Shown: piece after piece, positions 28,331 through 30,938 of the stretch
How the letters are laid out: every line of letters begins with the position of its first letter
How positions within the stretch are numbered: the stretch's first letter is position 1
Assembly: GCA_038824035.1 (NCBI GenBank)
Contig: JAWBBW010000017.1
Coordinates: forward strand, 1-30,938
DNA from: Desulfurococcaceae archaeon
GTDB taxonomy: Archaea > Thermoproteota > Thermoprotei_A > Sulfolobales > Desulfurococcaceae
Reading direction: 5' to 3'
DNA length: 30,938 nt
The notes under the pieces: model-generated
What the model was told of the DNA's origin: nothing
The model's input: the letters and a program-made list of their open reading frames with translations, nothing else
Database searches by the model: none
Translations under genes and position numbers: made by a program

Positions 28331-28615
28331 GAATACAATATAAAGAATTGAAAGCCCTAAGGGGCGAGTGGTTCAGCTCTGATGTGGGTGAATACAATAT
28401 AAAGAATTGAAAGCTTGTAGAGCTGGTACAGGTCTGACTTTACTACTACGCCTTTGGGAATACAATATAAAGAATTGAAAGGTAGCGGAATCCCCGTACA
28501 AGTACAGCCAAGGCATCCACTTAGAATACAATATAAAGAATTGAAATGAAGAACTGCAGTTCACTGCATTCACTGAATGCAGTGATCTAAGGAATACAAT
28601 ATAAAGAATTAGAGG
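28331..28615 (+). CRISPR. CRISPR array, 5 repeats and 4 spacers, no cas genes in window
   Basis: 24-bp repeat GAATACAATATAAAGAATTGAAAG at 28331, 28390, 28458, 28524 (last base T) and 28592 (degenerate end AGAGG). Spacers are 35, 44, 42 and 44 bp. The ATTGAAAG 3' end and the degenerate right-hand repeat indicate + orientation. Confidence 0.97.
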
Positions 28616-28659
28616 CGGGGATGTCATTCAGGGGTGGGCTCGTCTTCGTAGTAAGGGCT

Positions 28660-29082
28660 TGAGCCAATGGATAAAGTCGAGTTGATCCGCGGGATCGAGT
28701 CGCGGGGGATAAAGTGGTGTTCGTTGGCGATGGGGTTAACGATGTACTGACAATAAGGGAGGCTTTCGTGGGGATTGCCATGGGTAAAGCCTCAGATATT
28801 GCGAAGAACGGTGGCGACGTTGTCTCGATCTTCAATGACATGAGAGACGTGGTGGAGATCCACGAGCTGAGCGGGAAAGTGAACGGGATTGCACTAGAAA
28901 ACCTCACATGGGTGTTCGCATACAACGCGATGTTAATCCCCATGGCAACAAGAGCGCTCTACTCGAGCCATTGTGTGTTTTTGAAACCGGAATGGGCTAC
29001 GCTAGCCATGATCCTGAGCGATATATTGGTGATAGCGAACCCCCTTAAACTCGTGGTTAACGAGTCATCGTGGAGACATTAG
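28660..29082 (+). pseudogene. copA: C-terminal remnant of a P1B-type (Cu+) ATPase
   Basis: PMDKVELIR..., a frameshift in the G run near 28704-28708, then VFVGDGVND, GIAMG, DIAK, ENL.W.FAYN...IP and P.WA.LAM.LSD. The phosphorylation and N domains are missing. Confidence 0.85.
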
Positions 29083-29195
29083 AGAGATCCCCAGAACACG
29101 CATTCCGCTCACCGAGGTTCTCAACCTCAACCCACGATCCCATCAGTAGCCTAGATCTCGAGAACAATTGATGTAAATGTTCACCATCGCTGTTT

Positions 29196-29906
29196 TTACT
29201 TAACGAGAAAACTGGCAGTGATGAGGAAAAGTACAACGGAGTAGAGCAATATATCCTTTTTCTTGAAGAACGTGAACCTGATCCTAGGCCTCAGCGTCGC
29301 CCCATAGATCAAGTGTGCTTCGTAAAGCCCTCTCGCAGTGTATAGTGAAAGCAATATAAGGGGTATTACGAGCTTGTAGAGTTTCCTACCCCTGTACTTC
29401 AGCTTGATCGCCACGGCTGATTCGGAGAGATAGTTTAGGAGCACTGGTATGTGGGCAATGGTCACGGACAACATGAAGGCCTGGGTTTTCAGGCCCATCT
29501 TGCTGAACACATATCTCCACTCCTCGAGGCTTACCACTTGAAAGAACAATGAGAAAGATAGAAAAAACGCTACGAGTCTTAAAGCCCCAACCGGTATGTT
29601 CACAGGATCTGGGGCAAGCCAACCCATGAAATGGCTTAAATAAAAGACGAGTGCACCGGCCACTGTGAACAACAGTATTAACCTAGTCCCTTCAAGTACA
29701 ACTCTCACCCCGCGTATGAGAGTCGAAATCGCGAGAACTATCGATAACACCAAGGCCGTTCTAATAATCTCCGCTCTGAGCCCGGCTTCAAACCTTGTAT
29801 AAGTAAGATACGCCAGGATAAACAAGGCTGTAAATAACCTGGACAACGTGCTGAATTGTTCTAGCTTTCTGGATTGAACTAGAAGATAAGATAAGCTTCT
29901 AAGCAT
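29196..29906 (-). CDS. Membrane subunit of an ECF-type ABC transporter (EcfT-like)
   Basis: Multi-TM protein overlapping the ATPase stop. ATG at 29906 (MLRSLSY) with GAGGTG RBS; the longer ORF-track start lies inside the ATPase gene. Confidence 0.65.
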   Translation of the reverse strand: MLRSLSYLLVQSRKLEQFSTLSRLFTALFILAYLTYTRFEAGLRAEIIRTALVLSIVLAISTLIRGVRVVLEGTRLILLFTVAGALVFYLSHFMGWLAPDPVNIPVGALRLVAFFLSFSLFFQVVSLEEWRYVFSKMGLKTQAFMLSVTIAHIPVLLNYLSESAVAIKLKYRGRKLYKLVIPLILLSLYTARGLYEAHLIYGATLRPRIRFTFFKKKDILLYSVVLFLITASFLVK

Positions 29907-30938
29907 ATTCCACCACCTCGCTGTACAACTTCGACGCGTAGACCAGGTCATGGTGAATCCGAGTTCTATCCGCTGTAAACTCGCTGAGCACTCCGTTCTC
30001 CAACTTGTAAATCCTAGTCCACACAGGGGATATCGATGCATCCAAGCTACTGGATGCAACAACAACCGATGCACTGAGACCGGAGAGGTGTTCTAGGAGC
30101 ATGAACCTACCCTTATACGTTAAACCGGAGAACGGTTCATCTAACAATAATAAGCCAGCGCCCGAGAGAACCGCGAGCTCTACTGCAAGCTTCACCATCT
30201 GGCCATGGCTGAGGTTGAACGGGGATTGATCCGGATCTAGCCCTAGTTGAACGACTCTGTCAAGGCCCTCTTTAATACATTTCTCCCCCAGTTTCCTGGT
30301 CCTGCATATTTCTTGGACCTCTTTCTTAACTGTTTCCTCGGTGTAGAAAAGTGCTATGTTCTGGGGTATGTACACCGTGTCCACGTATCTTTCAACTCTA
30401 CCATTCCTGGGCTTTAAATAACCTGAAAGCAATTTGAGTAACGTTGTTTTACCTGAGCCGTTGGGCCCGTAGATGAGTACGATGTCTTCCTCTTCGAGAT
30501 TCAAGTTAATGCCTCTTAGAACAGGTTTGTTCTCATAGCTATGGTGTAATCCTCTAGCTATTAGAACGGGTTTTCTACCTCCTCTACTCCTATGTCTCTT
30601 CGACGTGAACTGTGTTTCAATATGTAGTTTTGGGTTTTCAGCGCGAGCGAGGATCAGCCCTGTTACATCCCTGAGAACACCGTTTTTCAGAACCATGATC
30701 CTGTCGAAATACCTGTATATGGGTAGAAACCTGTGCTCTATGACGAGCACGGACTTGCCGAGTCTCCTCAAAACAGATAACAACTCTATAAAGGCCCCTA
30801 CACCTTCATCGTCAAGCCACATCAGTGGTTCATCAAACACCATGAGTAAGGGATTTGCTATAATAGACTTAGTAACTAGAACTCTCTTTGCTTCACCACC
30901 TGAAAGTTCGAAGAAATATCGGTCAAGCAATTTATAGA
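29899..30938 (-). CDS. ECF-type ABC ATPase with duplicated ATPase domains (5' end outside window)
   Basis: Domain 1: LSGGE, FDEP, IEHR. Domain 2: GPNGSGKTT, YIPQN, LSHGQ, LLDEPFSGL. Confidence 0.88.
   Translation of the reverse strand, partial: YKLLDRYFFELSGGEAKRVLVTKSIIANPLLMVFDEPLMWLDDEGVGAFIELLSVLRRLGKSVLVIEHRFLPIYRYFDRIMVLKNGVLRDVTGLILARAENPKLHIETQFTSKRHRSRGGRKPVLIARGLHHSYENKPVLRGINLNLEEEDIVLIYGPNGSGKTTLLKLLSGYLKPRNGRVERYVDTVYIPQNIALFYTEETVKKEVQEICRTRKLGEKCIKEGLDRVVQLGLDPDQSPFNLSHGQMVKLAVELAVLSGAGLLLLDEPFSGLTYKGRFMLLEHLSGLSASVVVASSSLDASISPVWTRIYKLENGVLSEFTADRTRIHHDLVYASKLYSEVVEYA

Noticed and set aside
28373-28627. 84-aa minus-strand ORF over the CRISPR array
   Set aside because: It is a translation of repeats and spacers (recurring FQFFILYS), not a gene.
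29907-30074. N-terminal extension of the 292-aa ORF
   Set aside because: It lies in another frame inside the ATPase gene; ATG at 29906 has a good RBS.

Overview
Archaeal chromosome segment, most likely a hyperthermophilic crenarchaeote of the Desulfurococcales type (inferred from gene content, GGTG/GAGG Shine-Dalgarno sites and the CRISPR repeat type). Left part (1-9.4 kb): the end of a proline-racemase-family gene, an HTH regulator, a radical SAM gene, an MFS transporter and a Cys-type formate dehydrogenase module with mobA and moaA. Middle (9.4-22.2 kb): a cluster whose enzymes all belong to D-amino-acid-handling families. It holds a D-aminoacylase, an Opp/Dpp peptide ABC transporter, a class-III PLP enzyme with the amino-acid-racemase Asp/Lys signature, an M55 D-aminopeptidase, a broken APC permease and an M19 dipeptidase. 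Right part (22.3-30.9 kb): a decaying accessory region. It holds a TFB-cyclin-like fusion gene, a putative fibre-subunit gene followed by an unannotated SipW-like signal peptidase pseudogene, a surface thermonuclease, queC and a truncated DASS permease. A ~690-bp foreign (conjugative-plasmid-like) fragment then runs directly into the first repeat of a leaderless 5-repeat CRISPR array, followed by a copA remnant and an ECF-type transporter. All family calls come from motif recognition by eye; no database search was run.
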